A stretch of 64,000 nucleotides of DNA from assembly GCA_002269645.1 (NCBI GenBank), contig NIVC01002935.1:1-64000 (forward strand). The letters are read 5' to 3'. This stretch comes from Macrostomum lignano. Taxonomy: Eukaryota. The notes beneath the pieces were generated by a model. The model was given only the letters and a program-made list of their open reading frames with translations. It ran no database searches and was not told the DNA's origin. Position 1 is the stretch's first letter; every line of letters starts with the position of its first letter. The position numbers and the translations under genes are program-made. This document shows positions 12,501 through 24,809 of the stretch, in pieces.

Positions 12501-13163
12501 ATGGTGTCGCACTTCCTGTGCATCCTGCTGGTGGGCTTCCTGGTGTACATCGCCCAGCCGGGCAGCAGCCTATTCAGCTGGCACCCAACCCTCATGTCGG
12601 TCGCCTTCGGCCTGCTGCTGTTCCAAGGCGTGCTGTCCTTCAACCGCCAGTCGTCTTTGTTCGCTGGCAACCGGGAACGCCAGACCACCGCGCACGCCCT
12701 GCTGAACTGGGCGGCCCTGGGCGCCTCCTTAACCGGCGGCTACTTCGTGTGGCGCAGCAAGGAGGAGAAGGGCCGGCCGCACCTGACCAGCTGGCACTCT
12801 TGGATTGGCGCCCTGTGCAACATCTACCTGCTGCTGCAGTGCATCGGCGGCGTGTGCACCCGGCTGAAGCTGGGCGGAGTCCGGCCCGCTGACATGAAGC
12901 TGTACCACGCCACCAGCGGCACCTTCATGTTCACCTGCGCCTGCGCCGCCCTGGCTAGCGGCATGTGGTCCGACTGGTTCAGCAAGCAGGTGACTGGCAC
13001 AGCCTGGTACGCCTGCTTCGTGTCCGCCTTCATGCTGGGCTCCATCGTGTGCAAGCAGGTGTGCGACCACTACCTGCCCAAGCTGACCGCTCAGCAGGGG
13101 CGCGCGGAGGCTGCAAGCGGCAAGCCGAGCGGCAGGCCTGCCAGGGCTAAGAAGGAGAAGTGA
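12501..13163 (+). CDS. CYB561D2: Cytochrome b561 domain-containing protein 2-like (220 aa, single coding exon)
   Basis: MVSHFLCILLVGF...; four heme-ligand His in SLFSWHPTLM, TAHALLN, HLTSWHSWIG and KLYHATSG; multiple TM helices. D1 versus D2 cannot be firmly resolved. Confidence 0.85.
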   Translation: MVSHFLCILLVGFLVYIAQPGSSLFSWHPTLMSVAFGLLLFQGVLSFNRQSSLFAGNRERQTTAHALLNWAALGASLTGGYFVWRSKEEKGRPHLTSWHSWIGALCNIYLLLQCIGGVCTRLKLGGVRPADMKLYHATSGTFMFTCACAALASGMWSDWFSKQVTGTAWYACFVSAFMLGSIVCKQVCDHYLPKLTAQQGRAEAASGKPSGRPARAKKEK

Positions 13164-14109
13164 CCGACTGTAAAAGCATAGCTAGATTTTTCATCATGTT
13201 TCTGAATGTTGGAATTGATTAATAATCATATTGTTAGTATTGGTCACAGATACTAAAATAACTAGTCTCGTAGATAGGCCATTCAGGCATATATCCTTAG
13301 TAAAACAGCTGTCTACTTTCAGTTCAGTAGCAAAAAAGAATACATAAGCTATTTTATAAGAATAAAGGCTGCTGAAATGAACTTTGATAAGTTCAGAAGC
13401 CCAAGCTTGCAGTCGTAAACAACTTGCTAATTGGTTTAGCAATAATGTACATTAGCCAGTCCACTGAAATGTACATGGCAGCTTTAGGCTGGAATTCCGA
13501 GAAAGGCAATAAAAACTGGGGCGGGGGGCGGAGGGGGGTTGTGTGGAAAGGCGCCGTTGGAGGTTTTAAGCTTGAGGGGGGGAAAGAGCCAATAAATGAG
13601 CCTTGGCTTTAAAAAACATTAAAATTCTTCAGTTTAACTTACTACTGAACTGAAAGTAGCTGACACGCAAATGTGCCGAGTCGGAGTGGCCCATCTAGCT
13701 ATTCTAGTATCTCATGTGGTATTGATATAATTTATTAATCAAGGATTGTCTTTTTCCTGAAATTCAACAAGTCATTGGACACCCCTGCGGTAGTTTTGCT
13801 TTCCAATCCAATTCAGCCATATGCTGTTTATTTGCAATGTTTTAGCGAACAACCCGCTGGCATAAAAATGTGCTCAGCTCTTTTTTAAAATTTGTATCAA
13901 TGTTTTTAACTTTGCTTTCTGTTGGTTCTGATTCATATTGCTGAATTACTGCCATATCTGTGTCTTTTGTGCTGGGAGACATTCTTCTAATCCACTCTAT
14001 TGTATTCGTGGTCTGATTTTATGATTTTGAACAGAAAAATTTTTATAAGTCAAGAACGAGATTTCAGTTTTTTTTAATTACCATTTTCAATTTGGGTTTA
14101 ATTAGGCTA

Positions 14110-14445
14110 TATGTTTGTAAATCAGTTAATCAATAAATTAAATCTATCAATCAATCAACTAATCAATTTAATTTGTCAAATCAGTCTGGTGATCAACCTA
14201 TCAATGAAATCAGTCTGTCAATCAATCAATCAGTCAATCAACCAATCCATTGATCACTCAGTTAAATCTGTCAATCACTCAGTTGAATCTGTCAATCACT
14301 CAGTTGAATCTGTCAATCAATCAACCAATCAATCAATCAATCACTCAGTTTAATCTGTCAATCAACCAATCTGTTCAATCTGTCAATCAATCAGTCAATT
14401 AGTTCAATATGTCAATCAATCAATCTGTCAATCACTCACTCCTCA
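14110..14445. repeat. Degenerate (TCAA)n-based low-complexity repeat
   Basis: TCAATCAATCTGTCAATCACTCAG variants running up to the CAG just before the RRP15 ATG. Confidence 0.8.
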
Positions 14446-14453
14446 ATCCAGCA

Positions 14454-15308
14454 ATGCGAGTCGCCGCCTCAGCCAAGCCGTCGGCCGCTTCAAAGCAGCC
14501 GCAGGCCGCGGTTCGCGTCACGATAGAGCAGGACCTCGAAGAAGACGACAACGCGGAGGAAGTCGAGGACATCGCCAGCGACAGCGACGCCTCCTCGGAT
14601 CGGCAGAAGCCGGCCGCCGGCCAGTCGAAGGCCCGCGGCAAGCGCAAATCCGCGGAGGCGAGCGGAACGGCCGGACTGGCCAACGTCATCCGCGGCCTGC
14701 TGCTGCAGACCCGCGCCCCCGCCTGCCCCATCCTGGCCAAGGCGCTCACCGACCGCCAGCGGTTCTCCCCGGCCGCCGCCAACGCCACTGCCGACACCGG
14801 CGACGCCGCCGAGGACTCCAATGTCGATCTGGGCCGCCGGCGCAGGAAACTGACGGCTGAGAGGCGTCGTTGGCTATGCGCCGGGCGCCGCAAGCCGCTG
14901 TCGGCGCCAAACGAGCGCGAGGCGGAGCGCCAGCTGGAGCGAATCGCCTGCCGCGGAGTTGTGCAGCTGTTCAACGCCGTCAGGGCGCAGCAGCGCTCGC
15001 TGGAGTCGCGGCTGGCCGGGCGCTCGGAGGCGGGCAGGCAGCGGGTGCTGAGCTCGCTGTCGCGCGGCGACTTCCTCGACATGCTGGCCGGCCGGCGGAA
15101 GGCGACAGACGAAGCGAAATCCAAATCTGGCAACAATGAGTCTTCTTCTGCGGAAGAAGATCGGCAGCAGAAGAAGAAAGCGAAGAAGTCGTGGGGCGCC
15201 CTGTCCGAGGACTACTTGGTGAAGCCCACGCTGAGCATGAAGGACTGGGACCGCGAGTCCTCCGGCGGCTCCTCAGATGCAGAGCAGCCAATGGATGAGG
15301 ATGACTGA
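14454..15308 (+). CDS. RRP15: RRP15-like ribosome biogenesis protein (284 aa)
   Basis: Acidic N-terminus, ERQLERIACRGVVQLFNAVRAQQ, LSRGDFLDML, WGALSEDYL..MKDWD (Rrp15p signature blocks). Confidence 0.88.
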   Translation: MRVAASAKPSAASKQPQAAVRVTIEQDLEEDDNAEEVEDIASDSDASSDRQKPAAGQSKARGKRKSAEASGTAGLANVIRGLLLQTRAPACPILAKALTDRQRFSPAAANATADTGDAAEDSNVDLGRRRRKLTAERRRWLCAGRRKPLSAPNEREAERQLERIACRGVVQLFNAVRAQQRSLESRLAGRSEAGRQRVLSSLSRGDFLDMLAGRRKATDEAKSKSGNNESSSAEEDRQQKKKAKKSWGALSEDYLVKPTLSMKDWDRESSGGSSDAEQPMDEDD

Positions 15309-16459
15309 TTCTGTGTGCTCATAATCATAATCATAACCATTATTAATAAATAAATATTGGTGTTGCATTTCTTCTTGGCTTGATTTGGCTGCTTGTTGTT
15401 GTTGTTTTAAATTCATATTTTTTCAACAATGCCAAGTTTAATTAATGAAATAATTTTTGTCACTAAGGCATGATATAAGCCACTCCATTAGTTAAGGACA
15501 CCTGAGTTGATTGGAAACTTGAAAATTGGCAAACCTGACTTCTTATGTTTGTCGCAAAATCCGACAGCAATTCGCATTTAATATGCCCAATGGGAAGTAG
15601 TCTCAGTAGCAACACGATACAAAAGTTTCGGGATTGTAAAAGAAGCTGCTTTTCCAATGATGATATATAAACCAAAAGCATCGGAGATATGAAACCCTTC
15701 TGATAACAGTGATAAGGACTCAATGAGGTGATTAGATAATAAATTTAGAAAATTGATGATGAAATTTCCTCATTCACTCGTACATGGGTAAAAATTTGAT
15801 TTGGAGCAACTGTAGAATTAATTGTGTCGTGAAAGTTGAGGCTAGGCTTGCATTATAAAGCATCAGGGCTCGAATAAGATTTTCTCCAACGAAGTTTATT
15901 TGCTTGCCCCTTTAGCTCAAGGACAATAAAATTTATCGTCGCAGTTCAAATGTACATCGGCTAACCAATGCCTCTTAAGAATGTACGCAAGCGGAGAAGG
16001 ACGGCAATAAAATTAGGGGTGGGGGATTCGAGGGTAGAGAGTTGGCGCGCGCGTGGAAGACGCGGTCCGAGGGGTCGGGCTGGAGGTGGGTTGGAGGTCG
16101 TCTATGAATAAGCCAATAGAAAATCAGAGGGAGGGGATAGCATGGTTAACTATCAACCAGGCATATAATAGTTGATCAGCGTTAATTGGCGCACTCTTAA
16201 CAGATGTCCAGTCCAATGTAGCTTTAATCATCAGTTTGGTGTATCGTCTACTGACAAGTAGACAGTATCGATTGTTACGCAAAAAGCTTGCATGACGGGC
16301 AAATAGGCAGAGCTATTTTAGATAAGTAGCAATTAATTGTTAACATGAGTATAGAAAACTGCATTCTATGCTACTTAATAAGTAGTTTAAAAATATAAGT
16401 ATCCATCCCGAAATGCTTCAAGCAATAGTTTGACATGGATTTTTCATGTGAAAAAGGCC

Positions 16460-17044
16460 ATGTTTCTGGGCAAACTGAGTCTTCAGCAGGCGGCTACGGG
16501 GTCTTCCCGGCGCCAGCTGCTGTTCCTGCCGCCTCTGTCGCCGTACGATCAAATTCGCACCAGGTGGACTCGAATTATTTTCATATTCGCCCTGGTTCCC
16601 CTGCTCTACCAGGTACAGCGGGTTCAACAAATGGACGAGTCCGACAACTCTTTCAGGTAGGCACAGTTCAAATCCACAGGCTGTGTTGTGTATATATTTC
16701 CCTTTGCAAAGTTATCCACGCTACATATCGGCAATAAAACCTGTTATGAAAAGAGTACAGAAACCTGCACAGGTGCGCTGTAATTTAGCCAGCCTTATTA
16801 AATCACTGAATTCGTTCATCACAGGTCGCTCCAAAATCTGAGCCTAAACGACCGGCTGCAGACACACCTGGCCTTCAGCCAGGCCAACAGAAACAAGATG
16901 ACCTTCGTGCCGCTGGAAGTATTCGAGGGCGGCAAGAAGTTCCACCTGGAAATTCCTCTTGACGACCTGTGCGAGAAAGGATTCAGGAAAGCCAGCCAAG
17001 ACTGCTTGACTGCGGCGATGGCGGCAGCGGACTCTGATGAGTAG
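16460..17044 (+). CDS. Hypothetical 138-aa protein with one predicted TM helix (2 exons)
   Basis: join(16460..16656,16825..17044). Phase-2 junction TTC AG|gtaggc ... cacag|G TCG; 417 nt in frame to TAG; TM segment WTRIIFIFALVPLLYQV. Confidence 0.6.
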
Positions 17045-17240
17045 CTCAGGTTGAGAGGCATTGTTGCCACAGCTTTGCAGAAATAAATCCAATTATTTGT
17101 ATATTATATTAGCACTTTTGCGAATCGTCGCGTGTATGACGTTAAAATTTTCAACTTCGTTTTGTTCTCTGTTTTCCTTTTTTATTTCAAGAAATCTGTC
17201 GTAGAAATTTTCAATAATGTACATGTAGACCCCCGGGTTG

Positions 17241-17450
17241 CAAGGACTACTCAACCAGAATGGCGAGAAACTGGGTTTCTTGGAAAATTTTAGGCCGGTT
17301 TGCCGAAAAAAACTTTGTTTTTAATAGGAGGCAGCCCCAATGTTCATCTTTTGATATGACTTGCATTTCTTATAGCTCATTGATACTCAGAGTGTTTCCT
17401 TTAGAAAAATAGGATTCTTTGTTTAATTTAATTTTATATCCTACATACAA
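17241..17450 (+). mobile_element. Diverged solo left TIR of the P-like element at 18663
   Basis: CAAGGACTACTCAACCAGAATGGCGAGAAAC...ATAGGAGG...TCATCTTTTGATATG...TAGGATTCT is colinear with 18663-18900. Confidence 0.6.
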
Positions 17451-17536
17451 TGGCATATTTATTGTGCATAATAAAAAAAAATGGCACAACTCGACTCAAT
17501 ATATCTCAGTAGTATTTTTCATAGGCAGCTGCGTTT

Positions 17537-18016
17537 CTTGCACGCTGAACTGAATGGCCGTCACCCATAGACAACTCCTCTTGCACGCTGAACTGAATGG
17601 CCGTCACCCATAGACAACTCCTCTTGCACGCTGAACTGAATGCCCGTCACCCATAGACAACTCCTCTTGCACGCTGAACTGAATGCCCGTCACCCATAGA
17701 CAACTCCTCTTGCACGCTGAACTGAATGCCCGTCACCCATAGACAACTCCTCTTGCACGCTGAACTGAATGGCCGTCACCCATAGACAACTCCTCTTGCA
17801 CGCTGAACTGAATGCCCGTCACCCATAGACAACTCCTCTTGCACGCTGAACTGAATGCCCGTCACCCATAGACAACTCCTCTTGCACGCTGAACTGAATG
17901 GCCGTCACCCATAGACAACTCCTCTTGCACGCTGAACTGAATGCCCGTCACCCATAGACAACTCCTCTTGCACGCTGAACTGAATGCCCGTCACCCATAG
18001 ACAACTCCTCTTGCAC
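17537..18016. repeat. 43-bp tandem repeat containing CCATAGACAA
   Basis: CTTGCACGCTGAACTGAATGGCCGTCACCCATAGACAACTCCT, ~11 copies. Confidence 0.95.
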
Positions 18017-18493
18017 TCATGGCAAATCAAATTTTAGAATGGAGCCCGTTCTAAAGGACCGTGGATCGGTACTTTTGATTTGGCAGTCGATGAGATGCAG
18101 CAAATTTCAGAGTCTGTCGCTGTCGCTGCATTCCGATGGCAAGAATCTGGTATTAGCCGAATCGAGGAAGCAGGTAATCCCAGTTCCTGTGTCTGGAGCG
18201 GATCCCGCAAGTATGCCAATAGCTTCAATTAGGCAAGAAGGCGCGGTTGTTTCAACTATCGAGTCAGCGACAATGGTCAGTCAATCAATACATGTACCGG
18301 CTGCCACTGTTACCACGGATTCGTTTGGCAATGGCAATCGACCTATTGCGTTCAATTTCCACAGACCGCTCTACAAATGTTTTGGTTAGAGACATGGCTG
18401 ACGGAATCACTGATTTACGCTGAGTTCACTTTCTAGGAACGGTGTTGAATTTGCTGTTTATAAAAACAGTTAATTGCATGTTGAATAAATAAA

Positions 18494-19956
18494 TATAGCA
18501 TTTTGCAGCCCATTTGGGCTAACGCGCATTGAATTTAATCCAAGATACGTTTGCCAGTGTAACGGAGCTTTTGTCTATGGTAGCAAGGCTGGCACAGCAG
18601 CATTTAATTTGGTCCAACAAGCATCAATTTGGTCCAAACACTCGTGAGCCATTTGGCAAACTCAAGGACGACTTAAGTAGAAGGACGGGAAACCTCGTTT
18701 CTTAGAAAAGTTTTGAAGGCACTTTCTCCCGAAAAAATACACTACGGAGATAGGAAGTTTTCATTTTTTCAGCACAAAAATTGTTATTGCGTTTGATAGG
18801 AGGAAGATCCAGTGCTCATCTTTTGATATGTTGTGCCTTTTTTATTGCTCTATCGATATTTATAAAGCTTTTCGTTCAGAAAATTAGGATTCTATGTTAA
18901 TTTTTTATTCTACGTATATTTTCGCGTGTCTTGTGCTTGAAATACATTAGAATGCCACGGCTCGGTTCTTTAGCTTCATGAGTCTTTTTTATCATTCTTA
19001 CCCGACTGTGTAGCAAATATTTGTAACAGAGATGATAAAATAGGTTCATAAAACCAAATATTGGAGCTGTGTCATGCATTTTTGTGATTTTTAGATACAG
19101 GAAATATACGTAGAATAAAAAATTAACATAGAATCCTAATTTTCTGAACGAAAAGCTTTATAAATATCGATAGAGCAATAAAAAAGGCACAACATATCAA
19201 AAGATGAACACTGGATCTGCCTCCTATTAAACGCAATAACAATTTTTGTGCTGAAAAAATGAAAACTTCCTATCTCCGTAGTGTTTTTTTCGGGAAAAAG
19301 TGCCTTCAAAACTTTTCTAAGAAACGAGGTTTCCCGTCCTTCTACTTAAGTCGTCCTTGGGCAAACTCTTGCCTTCTCGCTACCGTCTGCGGGTTGTTGC
19401 GTACCGTTAGAATGTCAGCGTCTCTACCGACAATTTTCTGTCGCTTTTCCAGAGCTCTGCTGATAGCCGAACTCTGATAACCAACTGGAACTGTTCCTTC
19501 AACTTCTGCTGCATTTTTTTGACCGTCAACAAAGGGTTCGTCTCAACTGCATCGAGCAGCAGTTGAACCTGAGGCTCTCGAGCAACTTGCCTTGGCGATT
19601 GCCCCCCTTTCGCAGGCGATCTCTGCCGGCAGATTTTCAACGCGCTGATGGATGCTGAAAACCATCTTTTCTTTTACATTCAGCAGCCTTTGAGTGTTCA
19701 CCTCTGTCCAGTGCTTCGATCACAAACCAATGCCATTCGTTTGACAGCCTAGCATATGGTCCACAATTCTGGGGCTGATCTTGCTCCTCCGCAGCAGTTG
19801 CAAATAAGGCTATGGACTAAACTGAATGCTTGTTGGACCAAATTAAATGCCGCTGTGCCAGCCTTGCTACCATAGACAAAAGCTCCGTTACATTGGCAAA
19901 CATATCTTGGATTAAATTAAATGCGCGTTAGCCCAAATGGGCTGCAAAAAGCTATA
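18494..19956 (-). mobile_element. Non-autonomous Tc1/IS630-like element, copy 1, interrupted by a P-like insertion
   Basis: Termini TAGCATTTTGCAGCCC...GGGCTGCAAAAAGCTA with TA flanks; the interior is the reverse complement of copy 2. Confidence 0.8.
18663..19359. mobile_element. 697-bp foldback element, ~260-bp TIRs, 8-bp TSD (P-element-like)
   Basis: Starts CAAGGACGAC and ends GTCGTCCTTG; perfect TSD GGCAAACT at 18655-18662 and 19360-19367. CANRG termini with an 8-bp TSD fit the P superfamily. Confidence 0.75.
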
Positions 19957-20575
19957 TACTAATAAATATACTTTTATTTATTTTGGTCAGCGTGTAATCG
20001 ACGCAGTTGTCTATGGTCCAAACACTGGAGTTTCTTACACGCTGACCGCGTTTTGTTTAATGTGTTAAAACCATAGACAACTGCGTTTTCTACACATTGT
20101 CGGCTGATTTTCCATGCAGGAATGGCATTCTTGCACTCTTGCGTGCAGGAATGGATGTCTATGTTAAAATCTCACTGAAAAAGCATTAGGCGCAGAAATG
20201 CATTCCTGCACGGTTTTGTGCATTCCTGCACGATGAATAATCCGACAATGGGATTCCTGCACGGTCACGAGTGCGGGAATGACATCTGCATGAAGGATCC
20301 TGTGATGGTCGCAACGAATGCGGCAAAGTGTCTAGTGGCTTGCCTGAAACTGTACCTCGAGAAGCTCGCGGAATCTGTTCGAAAGTGTACACAGGCCATT
20401 GTGTCAGATCCACAGTCATCGCCGAGTCATCGCCGGACACTCACCGGCTGATATAGCTGCTGTTACTGGCCATAAGTTACTGATCGTTGATTGATATTAT
20501 GATGTTAACATAATTTATAACATATAACATATAAAATAATAAAACATGTCAGTAATTTGCTATTTTTTTTTCAAA

Positions 20576-21326
20576 TATAGCTTTTTGCAGCCCATTTGGG
20601 CTTACGCGCATTGAATTTAATCCAAGATACGTTTGCCAATGTAACGGAGCTTTTGTCTATGGTAGCAAGGCTGGCACAGCGGCATTTAATTTGGTCCAAC
20701 AAGCATCAATTTGGTCCATTTAGTTCATTTGCAGCTCAGTCCCAGAATTGTGGACCATATGCTAGGCTGTTGAACGAATGTCATTGGCTTGTGATCGAAG
20801 CACTCGACGGAGGTGAACACCCAAAGGACATTGCAAGGTTGCTGAATGTAAAAGAAAAGGTGGTTTACAGCATCCAGCAGCGCGTTGAAACTCTGCCGGC
20901 AGAGATTGCCTGCGAAAGGGTGCCAATCGCCAAGAAAAGTTGCTCGAGAGCCTCAGGTCCAACTGCTACTCGATGCAGTGGAGACGAACCCTTTGTTGAC
21001 GTTTCAGAAAATGCAGCAGAAGTTGAGGAAACAGCTCAAGTTGGTTATCAGATTTCGACTATCAGCAGAGCTCTGGAACAGCAACTGGAAATTTTTGGTA
21101 GAGACGCTGACATTCCAGCGGTGCGCAACAACCTGCAGACGGTTGAGAGAAGGCAAGAGTTTGTCCAATGGCTCACGAGTGTTTGGACCAAATTGATGCT
21201 TTTTGGACCAAATTAAATGCCGCTGTGCCAGCCTTGCTGCCATAGACAAAAGCTCCGTTACATTGGCAAACATATCTTGGATTAAATTAAATGCGCGTAA
21301 GCCCAAATGGGCTGCAAAATGCTATA
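20576..21326 (+). mobile_element. Non-autonomous Tc1/IS630-like element, copy 2 (~140-bp TIRs, HTH remnant, no DDE)
   Basis: TIRs at ~20578-20718 and ~21184-21324; internal LVIEALDGGEHPKDIARLLNVKEKVVYSI (HTH) and ISTISRAL...RNNLQTVERRQEFVQWL. Confidence 0.82.
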
Positions 21327-22328
21327 CTGTTGCTACTTTGTACTTGTAATCGTACATAAAAACTTTTCCGTGCAATGATGCTATTGCTGCACGGCATCGA
21401 TGCACGGGCCATAGACAAACAAATGTCTTGGCACGATCGCGCGCGAATTAAGCTATGGAGAGATATATGAATCTTCGATTGTATCATTTTGCTGCGCGCC
21501 CTCGGTCAAAAACATTGGTGCACTCATAGCCATTCTCTACTACATCATTGGTTTTAGGAATCTATTTTATCATTCTGTTACATATTTCGCTACATCGTCG
21601 TTAAATAGCTAAGGTTAATTAGCTGAATTACGTATTTTTTTAAACGAAAAGCGTTATACTCGTAAATATCAGAAAAATAAAAACCTTTTTTATTCGTTTT
21701 TTTTCGGCCAACTGTAGGCTGGCCGGTTTTTCATTTTTACTCCAACAAGTCTGTTCTCTGAGTAGTGATGATCCTCTACTAAAAATATGATGCAGAATGT
21801 CTATCGTTTTAAGAAGTACTTTTGATTGAAACAGTTTGGGTCTCAACCCAATTACCAGAACTAACAAGTTGACCCACTGAAGTTGAATTGACAAACAACC
21901 CTTCCTCCACAATAGACTGAACCTTCGGCTCACCCAAATAATCAGAACCCATTGTAGCTCGAATAAAACGAGCTTCTTATTCGGAATACCATCTTCCCAG
22001 CCGTTGCGCTGGAGAAGCGCAACGGCTTCCCCATTTGGGAAATTTTTCAGTTTCGGAGATGGGGTTGATGGCTTGGACAGCTGTTGGTAGGGGCGATTTC
22101 ACTCCAACCTGCCCGCGGCGCTGGCAGCCGCACCTCATCAGCTTCGCACCTCCTCGCCACCAGCACGCTACAGGTGGCTGCAGTCTGAGTTGACGGCTTG
22201 GACAGAAGCTGGTTGCTAGGGACGATTGAGCTCAACAACGGCAGCTGGATAAATTTTACTGAATGCAGGATTTCTGCCGACTGCCTCATCTCGAGCTCTC
22301 GAATCCGCAATACCGCACTGCAGCCAGC

Positions 22329-23012
22329 ATGGCAACCAGCTTCATCGCTACTCCAGTCTCCGTTCTGCTTGCAGCGGTCTGCCTGGCCCAGCTGGTCCAC
22401 TGCGAGAGCCTGTCGGGCTCCTGGCACCGCTTGAGCAGCCCGCAGTTCCTGCCTGAGAATCTGGCAGTGCGGGCTGCCAAGATTCCGAGAGGCATCATCG
22501 AGTGCCTCGACTACGGCGCCTCGACCGGCCTGCAGGTGGCCCAGTTCGACTCGGACACTCGCCAGTGCTCGCTCTTCCAATACACCGCAGTGTGCCACCT
22601 CATCGATGGACTCGCTGCTGCAGAGAGCTCGCAGTCCCGCCGCTGTGCCACATTCGCCAATGCCAGAGCCGCCAAGTTCCTCACCTTGAGCAGGAAGCTC
22701 ATGCTGGGTGTGGGCTCGAAGCTGAGGGCCGCCTGGGTGATGAGCGACGATGCGGACGCCAGCAGGAGCAACTTGGTGTGCGGCCAGACGCAGCAGTGGA
22801 TGTCGGAGAATGTGGAGTGGAGCAGCGAGGGAGCCAAGCTCGACGGAGTGTCGTCCAAGATGTGGCTGGAGAACGTGAAGCTCGTGACTGTCCGAGTGGC
22901 GGCAACGCTGCTCGAATCCTACAACTGCGACTCCACGGGGAATTGGAGCATAGGCTTCTGGGACGGCTATACTGGCGGATGGGGCCTGTACCTCGATCGC
23001 CAGGTACTATGA
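22329..23012 (+). CDS. Secreted protein with a possible divergent PAN/apple-like module (227 aa)
   Basis: Signal peptide MATSFIATPVSVLLAAVCLAQLVHC; ECLDYGASTGLQVAQFDSDTRQCSLF resembles a PAN fold; GC3-rich ORF. A further exon via CAG|gtacta at ~23004 is possible. Confidence 0.6.
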   Translation: MATSFIATPVSVLLAAVCLAQLVHCESLSGSWHRLSSPQFLPENLAVRAAKIPRGIIECLDYGASTGLQVAQFDSDTRQCSLFQYTAVCHLIDGLAAAESSQSRRCATFANARAAKFLTLSRKLMLGVGSKLRAAWVMSDDADASRSNLVCGQTQQWMSENVEWSSEGAKLDGVSSKMWLENVKLVTVRVAATLLESYNCDSTGNWSIGFWDGYTGGWGLYLDRQVL

Positions 23013-24129
23013 CAACTACCTGCCTCCCGCCTTGAACTCGTTTGACCCGAATCGATCGACCGAGTTCCCCGGACTGCCGCTGCCGTGCCGACATACCAAG
23101 TTTTTATTTGAGCAATATGAGCTATTATTACAAATACACTACGGGCAAACATGACGTGTCAGACTGGCTGTTTATATTCATTTTTTATCACCTTGTCCTG
23201 CTTATAAGAAGTATTCAGTAGACAGTCCCACATTCTTAGCTGGCGGAATTTTCAACACGTGACAGGCCGTGTCAGTTTCGTATGCCAGTAATCTACATGC
23301 GACAGGCTGTTATCATGTGAGCAGACGTCGCCGCACTTTAAGCGTGTGACTGTCCGACTGTCCGGCCTGCTCCCTCTCATCGTTCCCAGGCCGACCACAT
23401 TCCGCTTGTCAGTTAGGCAGCTTTCGGCGTTCCGCGTCTGGAGTCACTCTGGTAAATAAATCAGATAACATCCCAGTCAGGTAATTCATGCGAATCTTGC
23501 AGGGAAAAATTCTGTTATCCTGTTTGTTATCTTGTACCCCAAACAAGGAAATCGGTAGTGAATCTGACAAAATTCGCAAATTATCTTGTGATGTCATCTG
23601 GTCTATTTACCAGAGGGGTGCGCCGCTGGTCAAGAGTGGTCTAGATAGGCAAGTGCCGTCGAAGTTCAAGCATGTTACTCATTTTCTTGTACCGCACCTG
23701 CGACTATTGGAGAAAGTTTGGACTCGCGATAGGCAAATAGGGACAATAGTTTTAAAATCTCCGGTCACTCCAGTAGGTTTGTCTAGGGCCTAAACTATTT
23801 GACATGTCGCAAAAATATATAAATCCTTCAGGCTTTCTAGATAACCTGCTGGATTTGTATTCCTTCTTGATTTTGCGGGCGGGCCGAGAAACGACATTCT
23901 TCGGCCCGCGAGTCAAGCTGCATTTGCTTCAGTCTAAGTTCAGTGCAAGTCCTGATTCTCGGCCCGCAAGAGAATGGAATTTGTCTATGGCACAAAATGC
24001 AAACTGTATTTCATTTTAGCTCTGAGCCTAAAAGAGCGACTGACAAAGTAAATACGCTTGTAATTAGTCTAACTTTTTATTAAAACTGAATTTCATTAAC
24101 TCCTGACCCGAGCGTTCTGAGAACATGAT

Positions 24130-24572
24130 AGACTACTCCTGTAACGCAAGTGCTCGGTAAAAACACCCTGAACGACATGATGGCTCGGATTTCTATACAA
24201 GAGCGAATCTATCACAGACCTACACCAATCTTCGTGCTACGGTTGTCACGACACTAGCAAACAAGGGCATTTCTGCTGGCGACATTCAATGTGTTACCGG
24301 TCACAAGGCCAGAGTCGGTTCAGAGGTACACAAAGCGGATCTCGCCAGGGAAGAAGCGTCAACTGTCCGATGCTCTGACAATGGATTCTTCGCCGCCTGG
24401 TCCAATCGTTAAACGAGTCACGAGCGACGTCCCACTCCAATCGCCTGGTTTTAGCGTTGAGCGTGGCGACCCAAAAGTATCTGATACTGACTGCGAACAA
24501 AGGGACTTTAATGGAGTTCTGCCGACTGCAGTGCTAGAGAAAAATGGATCCCGTGTTCTATTTTTCCTATAA
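24130..24572 (+). mobile_element. Crypton-type tyrosine recombinase, C-terminal fragment (pseudogene)
   Basis: VLGKNTLNDMMARIS, YTN--LRATVVTTLANKGISAGDIQCVTGHK/PESVQRYTK. The HS of the NHSLR motif is deleted and there are frameshifts. Confidence 0.75.
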
Positions 24573-24809
24573 GTGAGTACCTCTGAACGCCATGTACTGT
24601 AAAGACGGCGTGGGTTGCACCACAAGACTATATTAAATCGTTACTGTTGTCCTCTTTGTAATGTTGCACTTTTAACGTTTTAAATACAATCGTTTCGGCT
24701 TCGTCTATGGCCCAGCCCGATATCGGGCAGAGAATGGACCATTTCTTAAGCAGTCTTTCCCGCAAAATCAAGCAGGAATATTTCATCACACTGTTGCAGT
24801 ACAATTGCC

